This document shows, one piece after another, positions 11,321-20,499 of a DNA stretch of 64,000 nt. The stretch spans positions 2,400,001-2,464,000 of the forward strand of contig OY970194.1 of NCBI GenBank assembly GCA_963708075.1. Direction: 5' to 3'. Under the pieces are notes generated by a model. The model worked only from the letters and a program-made list of their open reading frames with translations. It did no database searches and was not told where the DNA came from. Made by a program: the position numbers and the translations under genes. The number at the start of each line of letters is the position of its first letter. Position 1 is the first letter of the stretch. This stretch comes from Sedimentisphaerales bacterium (GTDB taxonomy: Bacteria; Planctomycetota; Phycisphaerae; Sedimentisphaerales; Anaerobacaceae).

Positions 11321-11701
11321 TCACTGCTGCTGGCGCTCGGGGAAACTGTGAATTGCACTGTCCACATCCTCATGGATCTCGAACACGCTCGTCAGCCGGG
11401 TGATCTTGAACACCTCATAGATGCCGGGGTGAATGTTGCATAGCCGCAACTCGCCCCCCTGCTCATAGATCCTTTTACTGATCCTGATCAACAGCCCGAG
11501 CACGGCAGAGGACAGGAACCTCACATGGCGGAAATCCAGCACCAGATGGATGCGGCTTGCCTGCTCGATCACGGCCTCGATCGACGTTCGCAGCGCTCGT
11601 ACGTCCGTCTCCTCGAGGATTTTCTCGTCGGTAAAGGCTACTACCGTCGCGTCATCCACATACTGCACACTAATTCGCGGCTGACTTACAGCCATATTCA
11701 T
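11321..11701 (-). CDS. STAS domain anti-sigma factor antagonist (RsbV/SpoIIAA-like)
   Basis: LVLDF..V.FLSSAVLG.L and IYEVFKITRL motifs; adjacent to the RsbW-like gene. Confidence 0.9.
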   Translation of the reverse strand: MNMAVSQPRISVQYVDDATVVAFTDEKILEETDVRALRTSIEAVIEQASRIHLVLDFRHVRFLSSAVLGLLIRISKRIYEQGGELRLCNIHPGIYEVFKITRLTSVFEIHEDVDSAIHSFPERQQQ

Positions 11702-11728
11702 CTCCTAAGATTCAAAAAAGACCGCCAG

Positions 11729-11757
11729 ATCCTATGCGGCTGCCCTGCCACTGTCAA
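11729..11757 (-). promoter_or_regulatory. sigma70-like promoter of the STAS/RsbW genes
   Basis: Minus strand TTGACA-N17-TAGGAT. Confidence 0.5.
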
Positions 11758-12036
11758 GTCCTTTGGCCGGATATTGCCTCTTCTACCCGGACCTTCGCCC
11801 GAGATTCCGAAAAATCCCGCCGCGAAAGCAGCAAATTTCCTCCATTTTGAAAAAAACTCTTGCTATTCGAATAAACAATAGATACTAATACCTAATTGGA
11901 TCACCGGAGATGGCAGTATCCGGCCGCCGGTGTTCGGGGTGTGTGTCACGTGAGAGCCGTAAGGTGCAACCGCACGCGGCGCCCATGACTACCATACGGA
12001 TTGTAAGAATTCCTGGTTGTTTGGAAGGAGAATCAG

Positions 12037-12435
12037 ATGAGAGTCAGCAGGTCAACCGGATATGCTCTCTTGGCGGTCGGCTACATTGCCAAGAATCAGG
12101 GTGACGGTGTCGTTCTGTCCCAGGACGTCTCCAAGCAGTATGACATTCCTCTTGAGTACCTGCTCAAGATTCTGCAACAGTTGGTCCGGGCTAATGTGCT
12201 TCGCAGCAAGCGGGGCCCACGCGGCGGTTTCTCCCTGGCCAAGATGCCAAACAAGATTACGATGCTCGAGATTATCGAGGCGGTGGACGGCCCGCTGACG
12301 GGCGAGTTGAGCCTCGCGAACGCCCGTGGCGACAAGTACGCCCAGAGGGCTGAGCAGACCTACAATAAGGCAATTGCCCAAGCCAAGAGCGTCTTCGAGA
12401 AGACGAAGCTGTCGAGCCTGCTGACCGGCAAGTAA
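12037..12435 (+). CDS. Rrf2 family transcriptional regulator (no cysteines, so no Cys-ligated Fe-S cluster)
   Basis: YLLKILQQLVRANVLRSKRGPRGGFSLAK..ITMLEIIEAVDG; AGGAG RBS. Confidence 0.92.
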   Translation: MRVSRSTGYALLAVGYIAKNQGDGVVLSQDVSKQYDIPLEYLLKILQQLVRANVLRSKRGPRGGFSLAKMPNKITMLEIIEAVDGPLTGELSLANARGDKYAQRAEQTYNKAIAQAKSVFEKTKLSSLLTGK

Positions 12436-12521
12436 GGCCCTGCGCCGCCTGTCACAGGTCATCCTGCCCTGCAGTACCGGATTTCGCGCGAGGTTCCTCG
12501 CGAGAGCTTGGGGTGCGCGCT

Positions 12522-12791
12522 ATGCAGATCAGCGAATTTCAGAGGTTCATCGCCCGCAAATACAAGAAGCGGGACAAGGAACGAGGCGTGCCTCGCACGT
12601 TCCTGTGGTTCATTGAGGAAGTCGGGGAGCTTGCTACGGCCTTGGCTTCCAAGGACAAGGCCAACACCGAAGAAGAATTCGCGGACGTATTCGCCTGGCT
12701 GTGCACCCTTGCCAACATCACGGATGTCAATCTGGAGAAGGCCTGCGGCAAGTACACCAGCGGCAAGGTCAAGGGCTTCAAACCCAAGTAG
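12522..12791 (+). CDS. MazG-like nucleotide pyrophosphohydrolase (single domain)
   Basis: EEVGELA...EEEFADV all-alpha NTP-PPase motif. Confidence 0.85.
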   Translation: MQISEFQRFIARKYKKRDKERGVPRTFLWFIEEVGELATALASKDKANTEEEFADVFAWLCTLANITDVNLEKACGKYTSGKVKGFKPK

Positions 12792-13076
12792 GCCGGAGGG
12801 GACGCACAGGATCGGCCCGTCAGGGAAGCATGGCGGGTGAGGGTCTATCTACTTATTCCGATCTCATCGAGTCTGGATTTGAGAGGATCTGCCGCGGCAT
12901 CGGCGCAAGCAGCCCGTGTGTGACTACATTTCATGAGGCGGGTACGGCTTCACTTGCGAGAAGAAATCATGCGAGGATGCACAACCTGCGGAAGGTGTCC
13001 AAGGCCCTTCTCGTGGGGCAAACGTCTCCGCGCGCCTGACGGAGTCATGCAGGCCCGGAAGACATGGCCGCACACA

Positions 13077-13872
13077 TCACTCGGTGGTGGCTCGCGTGAT
13101 GCCCAGCAGTTCGAGCGAGTCCCGTTCGATCACGTTGCGGATGCTGGCTCGAGGGACGGTCGGCAACTGCGTGTCGGCCAGAAGCATGTTGAACCCCAGG
13201 AGCGTCTCGATGCATTCTCCTGCGTTTGCCAGGGGGAAACCGCTGCCGAACAACAGTTTGTCCATGACGTCACGCTCATACGCCGCCACGACAATATTGT
13301 AGGTCTGCCAGACCTTGCCCGGCCGGATCGTCAGGTCGGCGAAAACTCGCTCGTGCTTGGACACCATCGACAGGGTCTGCTCGATAAACGGCACGCCCAT
13401 ATTGCCGATCACCATGTTCAGCTCAGGAAAGGCCCGCGCCACTTCGTCCAGCAGATACGGCTGTGCGTACTCCAGGATGGCGCCGGCCCTCAAGGTATGA
13501 CTGCTGTTGTGAAAGAAGACCGGCAGGCCCATCTCCTGCACCGCGGCATAGAACCGCATCGCCCGGCTGTGTACAGGATGAAAGCCGCATAACGAACAGT
13601 AAATGACGAATCCTCTCAGGTTGAGCTTTTCCACCTGAGATCGAAGGCTCTTCTCGTCGATACGGTCCTGCGTCGGATCCACCACGGCAAAGCCCACCAT
13701 CCTGGTTTTGTTCCGATCCATGTACTCGGACAGTTTCCTGTTCACTGTCTCACGGGAGTCATCCGGGCTGGCAAGGACAATACATGCATCGACGGTTCTC
13801 TACTGCCGTCAGATGCTCCGAGGTGTCCACCTCACTCAACGAACGGACATGCGTATGACAATCCACAATCAT
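13077..13872 (-). CDS. Amidohydrolase_2 family protein; one frameshift near 13797
   Basis: An upstream MIVDCHTH (metal-binding HxH) frame from ATG 13872 joins ORF 13077..13745 if one base is removed (...TAVE-TVDACIVLA...). LPVFFH and KLLFGSGFP motifs. Confidence 0.8.
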
Positions 13873-14256
13873 GGCCACATCCTACCTGTGCCGCGTGCCC
13901 CCCGCCGCCGCTATGCACAAGGTCGGTTATCTTAAATCCCGTGCCGCAGTACGTCAAGAGCAAATATCCGCCGTGCGGAATCCTGGACGATACTCCGCTT
14001 GACCCCGGCTCTCCCAGCCGGTACGATGACGCTTACCGGGGGAATCGCGTGCCCTGGTGAGAGATGACAACTGCAAGGGTCCATTCCTCCTGTTTTCGGC
14101 ATGCTTCCGAAATGGAATTGAATATTCCGTGCGAACAAGCGTCTGTATGATGGAAAAGATGAGGCCGGCCCATTGCCGCAGTGGCATGCCGTAAGCCCCG
14201 TCCCGGATTTGCTGAGTTGCAGGTCCTGAAATATAGGCAGGCATTAGGAGGCATAC

Positions 14257-14670
14257 ATGGATTGCCCAACGTGCCACAATGCCATGATTACGCTGGAACT
14301 GGCCGACGTGGAGATCGACCACTGCACGAGTTGCGGGGGTATCTGGCTTGATACCGGTGAGCTCGAGATATTGCTGGGCGATCCGGCACGGGCCAAACAC
14401 CTCCTTCGTTCCTTCCAGCAGAGTGGCTCGGCGACCGAGCTGCCTCGCAGGTGTCCCATCTGCGACAAGAAAATGGCAAAAGTCGCTGTTGGGCGGTCCG
14501 ATCCCCTTCTAATGGTCGATAAATGCCCTCGCGATGACGGCCTCTGGTTTGACAGGGGTGAGCTTCAGGAGGTCCTGACCCGGGCCGACTTGGACGACGG
14601 TAACAGAATTCAGCAGCTCCTGGCCGATATATTTGGCAGAGATCGAGAGAAACACGGTGCAAAACCATAA
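14257..14670 (+). CDS. Tandem zf-TFIIB (zinc ribbon) protein
   Basis: CPTC...DHCTSCGGIWLDTGEL and CPIC...DKCPRDDGLWFDRGEL; AGGAGG RBS. Confidence 0.85.
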   Translation: MDCPTCHNAMITLELADVEIDHCTSCGGIWLDTGELEILLGDPARAKHLLRSFQQSGSATELPRRCPICDKKMAKVAVGRSDPLLMVDKCPRDDGLWFDRGELQEVLTRADLDDGNRIQQLLADIFGRDREKHGAKP

Positions 14671-14811
14671 GCAACACATTATTTCACTGGACACCCCGGC
14701 AGGGTATAATTCCTGCCTGGATGATGGATGAGTCCGGACGCGAATCGTTCGCGTGGAGAGTACATCGTGTAGCGCACTTTGTGTGGAACTGTTTGATGAA
14801 AGGATCGAATC

Positions 14812-14898
14812 ATGGGATCGTGGACTTGGATTCTCCTGGGTGTTGCTGCTGTCCTTCTCGTTGTGGCCCTGGTAATGAAGAAGGGGAAATCCTCGTAA
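14812..14898 (+). CDS. Small 28-aa single-pass membrane peptide (below the ORF-track cutoff)
   Basis: GAAAGGA RBS 7 nt before ATG. Translation MGSWTWILLGVAAVLLVVALVMKKGKSS* is one hydrophobic helix plus a basic tail. It ends 35 nt before lemA. Confidence 0.55.
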   Translation: MGSWTWILLGVAAVLLVVALVMKKGKSS

Positions 14899-14933
14899 CG
14901 TAGTATCCGTCCGTCCGACAGAAGGGAAAACAC

Positions 14934-15503
14934 ATGCCCGGAACACTGATAGCATTGGCCGTACTTGTCGGTATTGTCATCCTGCTGGCCCTCGCGGTAA
15001 TCGGCATCTACAACTCGCTGATTCGCCTGCGCAATCAGGTCGACAATGCCTGGTCGCAAATCGACGTCCAGTTGAAACGCCGTCACGACCTGATCCCGAA
15101 CCTCGTGGAGACGGCCAGGGGCTACATGAAGCACGAGCGGGAGACCTTCGAGGCCATCACCAAGGCACGAAGTGCGGCGATGGGCGCCAGGACCGTCTCC
15201 GAAGCCGGCCAAGCGGAAGGCATGCTCGCAGAAGCGCTCAGCAGGTTCATGCTCGTGGTCGAGAACTACCCCGACCTCAAAGCGAACCAGAACTTCCTCG
15301 CATTACAGGAAGAGCTGACGAGCACGGAGAACAAGATCGCGTTTGCCCGCCAGAACTATAACGATCAGGTCTTGTACTACAACAACAAGATTCAGATGTT
15401 CCCGTCCAATATTCTGGCCGGCATGTTCAACTTCACCAAACGTGACTTCTTCGAAGTGCAGACGCCGGGCGAGCGGGAAGTGCCAAAGGTCAGTTTCGCC
15501 TGA
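14934..15503 (+). CDS. lemA: LemA family protein
   Basis: YNSL..LRNQVDNAWSQIDVQLKRRHDLIPNLVE and ENYPDLKANQNFL.LQEEL..TENKIAFARQ.YN motifs. Confidence 0.97.
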   Translation: MPGTLIALAVLVGIVILLALAVIGIYNSLIRLRNQVDNAWSQIDVQLKRRHDLIPNLVETARGYMKHERETFEAITKARSAAMGARTVSEAGQAEGMLAEALSRFMLVVENYPDLKANQNFLALQEELTSTENKIAFARQNYNDQVLYYNNKIQMFPSNILAGMFNFTKRDFFEVQTPGEREVPKVSFA

Positions 15504-15691
15504 TGAGCGACCGGCAGAAGGCGAAGCAGTACACGTAGCCACAGGGCATCTGTGGCCGGCGGCTCCTCCTGGCGCCGCATGGGACGGACAGAATCACAAT
15601 AGGTTGATGGCGTGGCAGATCGCAGGCTGAGTGCGGTGGAGGAAGGAGACCTGCCCGGGGGAAATATTTTCGCTTGAACGAGACGACAACA

Positions 15692-16924
15692 ATGTGGGAA
15701 CTCATCCGCGCGAACAAGCGAAACTCTGTCGCGCTCATGATCCTGATGGCTCTTGTGCTGTTTCTGCTCGGCTCCGTCATCGGTTTGGCCGTCTTTGGCC
15801 CGGAAGGCGGGCTGATGGGCATGGGAATCGCGGCGGTCGTCTGGCTGGTGCTGGCTATGGTCAGCTTCTCCTCCGGCGATCAGATTCTTCTCGCCGCCAG
15901 TCGCGCGCAGCGCGTCACTCATGACGTTCACCCGCAACTATTTAATATCGTGGAGGAGATGAAGATCGCGGCGGGTCTGCCTGCCATGCCGAAGATCTAC
16001 ATCATCAACGATCCGGCGCCAAATGCCTTTGCGACCGGCCGCAGCCCCCAGTCCGCCTCCATCGCCGTCACGGCCGGCCTGCTGGCGAGGCTCAATCGTG
16101 ACGAGCTGCAGGGCGTCGTCGCCCACGAAATGAGCCACATCCTGCACCGTGACATCCTGTACATCACACTCGCAGGCATTATGCTCGGCGGCATTACCCT
16201 GCTCTCCCAAGCCTTCCTGCGCGGCTCGTACTATGGCTCAATGGGCTCGCGACGACGCTATTCCAGCGACCGTGGTGGTGGGCAGGCACAGGCCATTCTC
16301 CTGCTCATTGCGGTCGCCGCCGCTATTCTGGCGCCGATCATGGCCTATCTGCTCTACTTTGCGCTGTCCCGCCGGCGCGAGTACCTGGCCGACGCCGGCG
16401 CTGCCCGGCTGACCCGCTACCCGGAAGGCCTGGCCAGTGCACTGGAGAAGATTGCCAGTGACCCATCGCCGCAATTGGCCTCAGCCAGTAAGGCGACGGC
16501 CCCGATGTACATCGCCAACCCCTTCAAGCGACGCGGGGGAATGGGCCTCTCCGACCTGACCAGCACTCACCCCCCGATCTCCGAGCGCATCCGCATCCTG
16601 CGCAGCATGTCCCAGGGGGCGTCCTATCGGGACTATGCGCGGGCGTATGTAACCGTCACCGGCACGAAGAACATCATCCCCGCTTCCGCCCTGTCCGGCG
16701 GAGAAGTCTCGCTCCGGCCCGGTGAGATTCAGCCGGCGGCGCAAGAGCCACCCGCCAAGCAGGCCCACCAGGTTGGCGACATCATGCGAAAGGTGAACGG
16801 CTTCTCGTTCCTCACATGCCCGTGCGGCCTGAAGCTCAAAGTCCCGCCGAACTTCAAGGCCGACAAGGTCAACTGCCCCCGCTGCGACCGGACCCTCCAC
16901 CTCCGCCCCCAGCCCCAGATTTGA
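15692..16924 (+). CDS. htpX: HtpX-like M48 zinc metalloprotease with a C-terminal zinc ribbon
   Basis: PNAFATG, HEMSH, REYLAD and STHPP motifs; C-terminal CPC...CPRC. Confidence 0.9.
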   Translation: MWELIRANKRNSVALMILMALVLFLLGSVIGLAVFGPEGGLMGMGIAAVVWLVLAMVSFSSGDQILLAASRAQRVTHDVHPQLFNIVEEMKIAAGLPAMPKIYIINDPAPNAFATGRSPQSASIAVTAGLLARLNRDELQGVVAHEMSHILHRDILYITLAGIMLGGITLLSQAFLRGSYYGSMGSRRRYSSDRGGGQAQAILLLIAVAAAILAPIMAYLLYFALSRRREYLADAGAARLTRYPEGLASALEKIASDPSPQLASASKATAPMYIANPFKRRGGMGLSDLTSTHPPISERIRILRSMSQGASYRDYARAYVTVTGTKNIIPASALSGGEVSLRPGEIQPAAQEPPAKQAHQVGDIMRKVNGFSFLTCPCGLKLKVPPNFKADKVNCPRCDRTLHLRPQPQI

Positions 16925-17014
16925 CCTTGAGCGCGCAGGCAAAGCGTCGCGCTACGGCTCGGGTGCGACCGGAATGCGGTGGCAGCATGTGGCCGCCGTG
17001 TGCGGACCGTGCCC

Positions 17015-17296
17015 TCTTTCGTCCCTTGCGGGACTGGCTTTTGTCCTTGGCCCCGGTTCCCCAGCGATGAATCGCTGGGCTATTCTCTATCGCCCTCCGG
17101 GCTTGGACTGCGTCATGGCTGAGCTTCATGGTCCTGCCAAACTGAAGGCTATTCTCTATCGCGCTCCAGGCTTGGACTGCGCCGCAGTCCTCTTGCATCG
17201 GCCCATCCGCCCCACAGGGGCGATCGACAATAGCCCACCGTTTCAACGGTGGGTGCCGATAGCCGATCTATCCGAAAGCCCCATAGAGGCGAAAGA
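17015..17296. repeat. Inverted pair of REP-like palindromic elements (REPIN-like) with an internal 35-bp direct repeat
   Basis: Left unit TCTTTCGTCCCTTGCGGGAC...CCCAGCGATGAATCGCTGGGCTATT..CGCCC. Right unit (reverse complement) TCTTTCGCCTCTATGGGGC...CCCACCGTTGAAACGGTGGGCTATT..CGCCCC. GGCTATTCTCTATCGC.CTCC.GGCTTGGACTGCG occurs twice (about 17078 and 17147). Confidence 0.7.
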
Positions 17297-17385
17297 AGAC
17301 TGGGCCGCGCTCTTGTGTCGGGTGGAATCCGAATCCGCCACCGTATGCCGACCGCACCCTTTCCCTGAAAGAAAGAAGATTTCTC

Positions 17386-17414
17386 TTGACGGCTTCATTG
17401 GCCTCGCGTACAAT
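17386..17414 (+). promoter_or_regulatory. sigma70-like promoter
   Basis: TTGACG-N17-TACAAT, about 290 nt before the ATG at 17707. Confidence 0.55.
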
Positions 17415-17706
17415 GCACAGCGGAAAATGCAAAGGCGGGCAAGCAGTTTTGTCATAACTTATATCGCCATCATATTTTGACTTCATTTCATACCGCCCAC
17501 CTTCGCGAGTGAGTGTTTTCTGCGTCATGGGAATACCGTGCCTTCAGGGCATCGGCAGGCGGAGTGGCAATGTGCGCGGAGAATTCTCCAATTGCAGAGA
17601 TCGTTCGATTCCACAGGCATGAAGCGAAGGTGTTCTGCGCCGACAGACGCGGGTGTGTGCCCGCGCCGGTACTCATACCTATCATCTTATTGGAAAGGAG
17701 CGGAAA

Positions 17707-19506
17707 ATGGACAGGATCAGAAATCTTGGAGCTGTGGCAACCATCGGTTTGTTCCTGATGGCCCTATGCAGCACGGCCTCCGGCAAGATCATCTATGTGG
17801 ATGACACGGCAGCCGGGGCCAACAACGGCACTTCCTGGGCGGATGCGTTCAGCTCCCTGCAGGATGCCCTTACGAAGGCTGGGCAGGGTGACGAGGTGCA
17901 CGTCGCGCAGGGCACATACAAGCCCGCTGCGTCACCAGGGATGGGCGGCAACACAGGTGATAAGGGAGCGAGTTTCCGCCTGATCAGTGGCGTGAAATTG
18001 GCGGGCGGGTACGCCGGCGCTGGTGTGGCCGAGCCGGATGACCGCGACCTGCAATTGTATCCGACAGTTCTCACCGGCGATCTCAAGGACAACGATGCAG
18101 AGAACAGCGACCTCCCGAGCCTCCCGAATGACCCAACTCGATCCGACAACAGCACTTACGTCATTGTCAGCCAGAACAACGACTCAAGCACCCTACTGGA
18201 CGGTTTTGTCATTACGGCCGGTGCACGGAGCGGCCTGAATTGCGCCGGCAGTAGTCTCGTTGTCGTGGATTGCGTCTTCCGGCAGAACTCCACCACGTTC
18301 GACGGTGGCGCGGTGCATCAGGAGACGAGTGGCGTGGCCACATTTACGCGCTGCACCTTCACGGAAAACTACGCCAAACAACACGGCGGAGCCGTCTACA
18401 CCCAGGCCGGCGTCACCCTGACCGATTGTGCGTTCGTCGCCAATGAGGCCGGGATGGCGGGTGCCGCCGTCTACAACGCCGCGGGCAACACCGTCATGAC
18501 CGGCTGCACATTCACGCGAAATGCCGCCACTGCGGACGGGGCCGTCGAACATATCGGCGGCTGGCTGACGGCCAGAAACTGCACGTTTACCGACAACTCG
18601 GGTAAGGACGGCGGCGCCATCCACCTGCTCAGTGGTCACGCGGAGTTTGCTGACTGCCTGTTTGAGAACAACTCGGCCTCTGCAAAGGGTGGCGCCCTCT
18701 TCTACGATGGCGGCAGTTCAGAAAACGTTCGCAACTGCCTCTTCATCGGCAACTCGGCCGAACGCGGCGGTGCGGTCTTTGGATTCGGCCGGTCTACCAT
18801 CCGCAACTGTGTGTTTGAGGACAACTCTGCCAAGTCGGGAAGCGCCGCAAGCGCGGACTGTTACGCACCGAGCTTCGTCCATTGCGTCTTCTTTGCCAAT
18901 CCTGCCGATGACGGCGCCTGTGTTGCCCAAAACGCCTGCAGCAGTCGATCCGTCACCTGGGTCACTATCACCAATTGCATCCTTTGGGACAGTGGCGGCG
19001 TCTCCGTGGCCCAGACAAGCAAGGCGACCGCCACTTCCAGGGTCACCTACAGTCTCATTCAAGGCGGCTCGCCCGGGGAAGGCAACATCGACGCCGACCC
19101 GCTGTTTGCGATTCCGGGCCGCTGGGACCCAAACGGCATCCGGGATAACACCAGTGATGACTTCTGGGTCAATGGGGACTATCACCTGCGGTCCCAGACC
19201 GGACGGTGGGATCCTCTCAGCAAGAGTTGGGTCGTTGACGACGTAACCAGCCCGTGTATTGACGGCGGCGATCCGGCCGGCCCAATTGGGCTTGAGCCCT
19301 TCCCGAACGGTGGCGTCATCAACATGGGCATCTACGGCGGGACAGCCGAAGCGAGTAAATCTTACTTCGGCCAACCTGTCTGCCAGACGATCATCCCCGG
19401 CGACATCAATGGTGACTGCCGGGTGGACATGGCCGACCTCGAAATCATGATGAGTCACTGGCTTGAGGACGCGAACCCATCCCAGAACCCTCCCCATCGC
19501 AGGTGA
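17707..19506 (+). CDS. Secreted right-handed beta-helix (polymorphic-membrane-protein-like GGA(I/V)/FxxN repeats) protein with a C-terminal dockerin-like motif
   Basis: Signal peptide, IIYVDD.A.GANNGTSW.DAF, repeated F..N.A..GGAV, DYHL.SQ.GRW, SPCIDGGDP and GDINGDCRVD..DL. GAAAGGAG RBS. Confidence 0.85.
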   Translation: MDRIRNLGAVATIGLFLMALCSTASGKIIYVDDTAAGANNGTSWADAFSSLQDALTKAGQGDEVHVAQGTYKPAASPGMGGNTGDKGASFRLISGVKLAGGYAGAGVAEPDDRDLQLYPTVLTGDLKDNDAENSDLPSLPNDPTRSDNSTYVIVSQNNDSSTLLDGFVITAGARSGLNCAGSSLVVVDCVFRQNSTTFDGGAVHQETSGVATFTRCTFTENYAKQHGGAVYTQAGVTLTDCAFVANEAGMAGAAVYNAAGNTVMTGCTFTRNAATADGAVEHIGGWLTARNCTFTDNSGKDGGAIHLLSGHAEFADCLFENNSASAKGGALFYDGGSSENVRNCLFIGNSAERGGAVFGFGRSTIRNCVFEDNSAKSGSAASADCYAPSFVHCVFFANPADDGACVAQNACSSRSVTWVTITNCILWDSGGVSVAQTSKATATSRVTYSLIQGGSPGEGNIDADPLFAIPGRWDPNGIRDNTSDDFWVNGDYHLRSQTGRWDPLSKSWVVDDVTSPCIDGGDPAGPIGLEPFPNGGVINMGIYGGTAEASKSYFGQPVCQTIIPGDINGDCRVDMADLEIMMSHWLEDANPSQNPPHRR

Positions 19507-19886
19507 GCGGGTCCGCAGACAGTGCGCGATGCAGTCGTCGGCTTCTGCCTGGCTGCCTGGCGGCATGCGACGGCGATGACGTTGGGCGGGTCTGCCCCCC
19601 CTACTGAGGAACTGGGGGACTGGCCGAGTCTTGTGCAGGCTGTTGTGAGGCGACAGTGTCCGGCGGCGTTGGCGCAGACTCTTGTGACGTCGGAGGACCG
19701 GGTGGAGTCTGCGCGGGTGGCGCGGCAGGCTTAGCCGCCGAAATTCATCGTCAAACCGGCCAATAGCAGTGAAAGGCATGCAAGTCGTATTCGCATGGAC
19801 ATACGCCCCAGAGTTGCTGATCGGGCACTCAGGCCACTATCAGAGTATTCGAAATGCGCAGGACGTGACCAAACCCCACTGTCACG

Positions 19887-19914
19887 AAAAAAGTCCCGCC
19901 TTTCTGACGGGACT
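19887..19914 (-). terminator. Rho-independent terminator of the cold-shock gene
   Basis: Minus strand AGTCCCGTC-AGAAA-GGCGGGAC followed by TTTTTT. Confidence 0.75.
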
Positions 19915-19951
19915 CCTTAGCTTGCGACCATCGGACCCGAATGTTGCGCGC

Positions 19952-20155
19952 TCAGCAGGCTCGAACTGCTGTTGCTTGTGGTCCTTTCCTCCCTTGGCCG
20001 ACTGTGTACTCGACCTCCTGGCCTTCCAGAAGCGACTTGAACCCGTCGGACTCGATGTTCGAGAAGTGTACGAACAGGTCCTCGCCTCCGTCGTCCGGCG
20101 TGATGAAGCCGAACCCTTTCTTGGCATCAAACCACTTGACTTTGCCTCTACTCAC
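19952..20155 (-). CDS. csp: Cold-shock protein (CSD)
   Basis: [15 protein letters not shown]...DLFVHFS; GTG start behind an AAGGAG RBS. Confidence 0.95.
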   Translation of the reverse strand: MSRGKVKWFDAKKGFGFITPDDGGEDLFVHFSNIESDGFKSLLEGQEVEYTVGQGRKGPQATAVRAC

Positions 20156-20499
20156 TGTCCTACTCCTTCGTCCCTCGTTCTGCGAAACGGTGATTCGCTG
20201 ATCTCGCCGGGGGCATTCCTCCTGAGGGATCAAGAAATACTCCCCGCAGAAATCAAAAAAATCCTACTTTAGCCCGTTGCCGCCTGTCAACAAAATTCTG
20301 GAAGAAATCCCCCATTTTTGAGGGGAGTTTCTGCCCTCGTCTTTCGCGATGTTTCAGCCAAAAACAGGGGATGTCACGCTGCCTCCCCCTCTGAATGTGG
20401 GGGCCATACAGGGTCCTGAAGTCCCGGCTTCGCCATGTGGTGACATTCGGGTGGCTTTTGACCGACTGTTATTGTGTAAGAACCCCTCGCACAAGTGCC

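Noticed and set aside
19507..19880. Short ORFs after the beta-helix gene (19522..19734, 19769..20272)
   Set aside because: They have no RBS or motif support, and one is antisense to csp.
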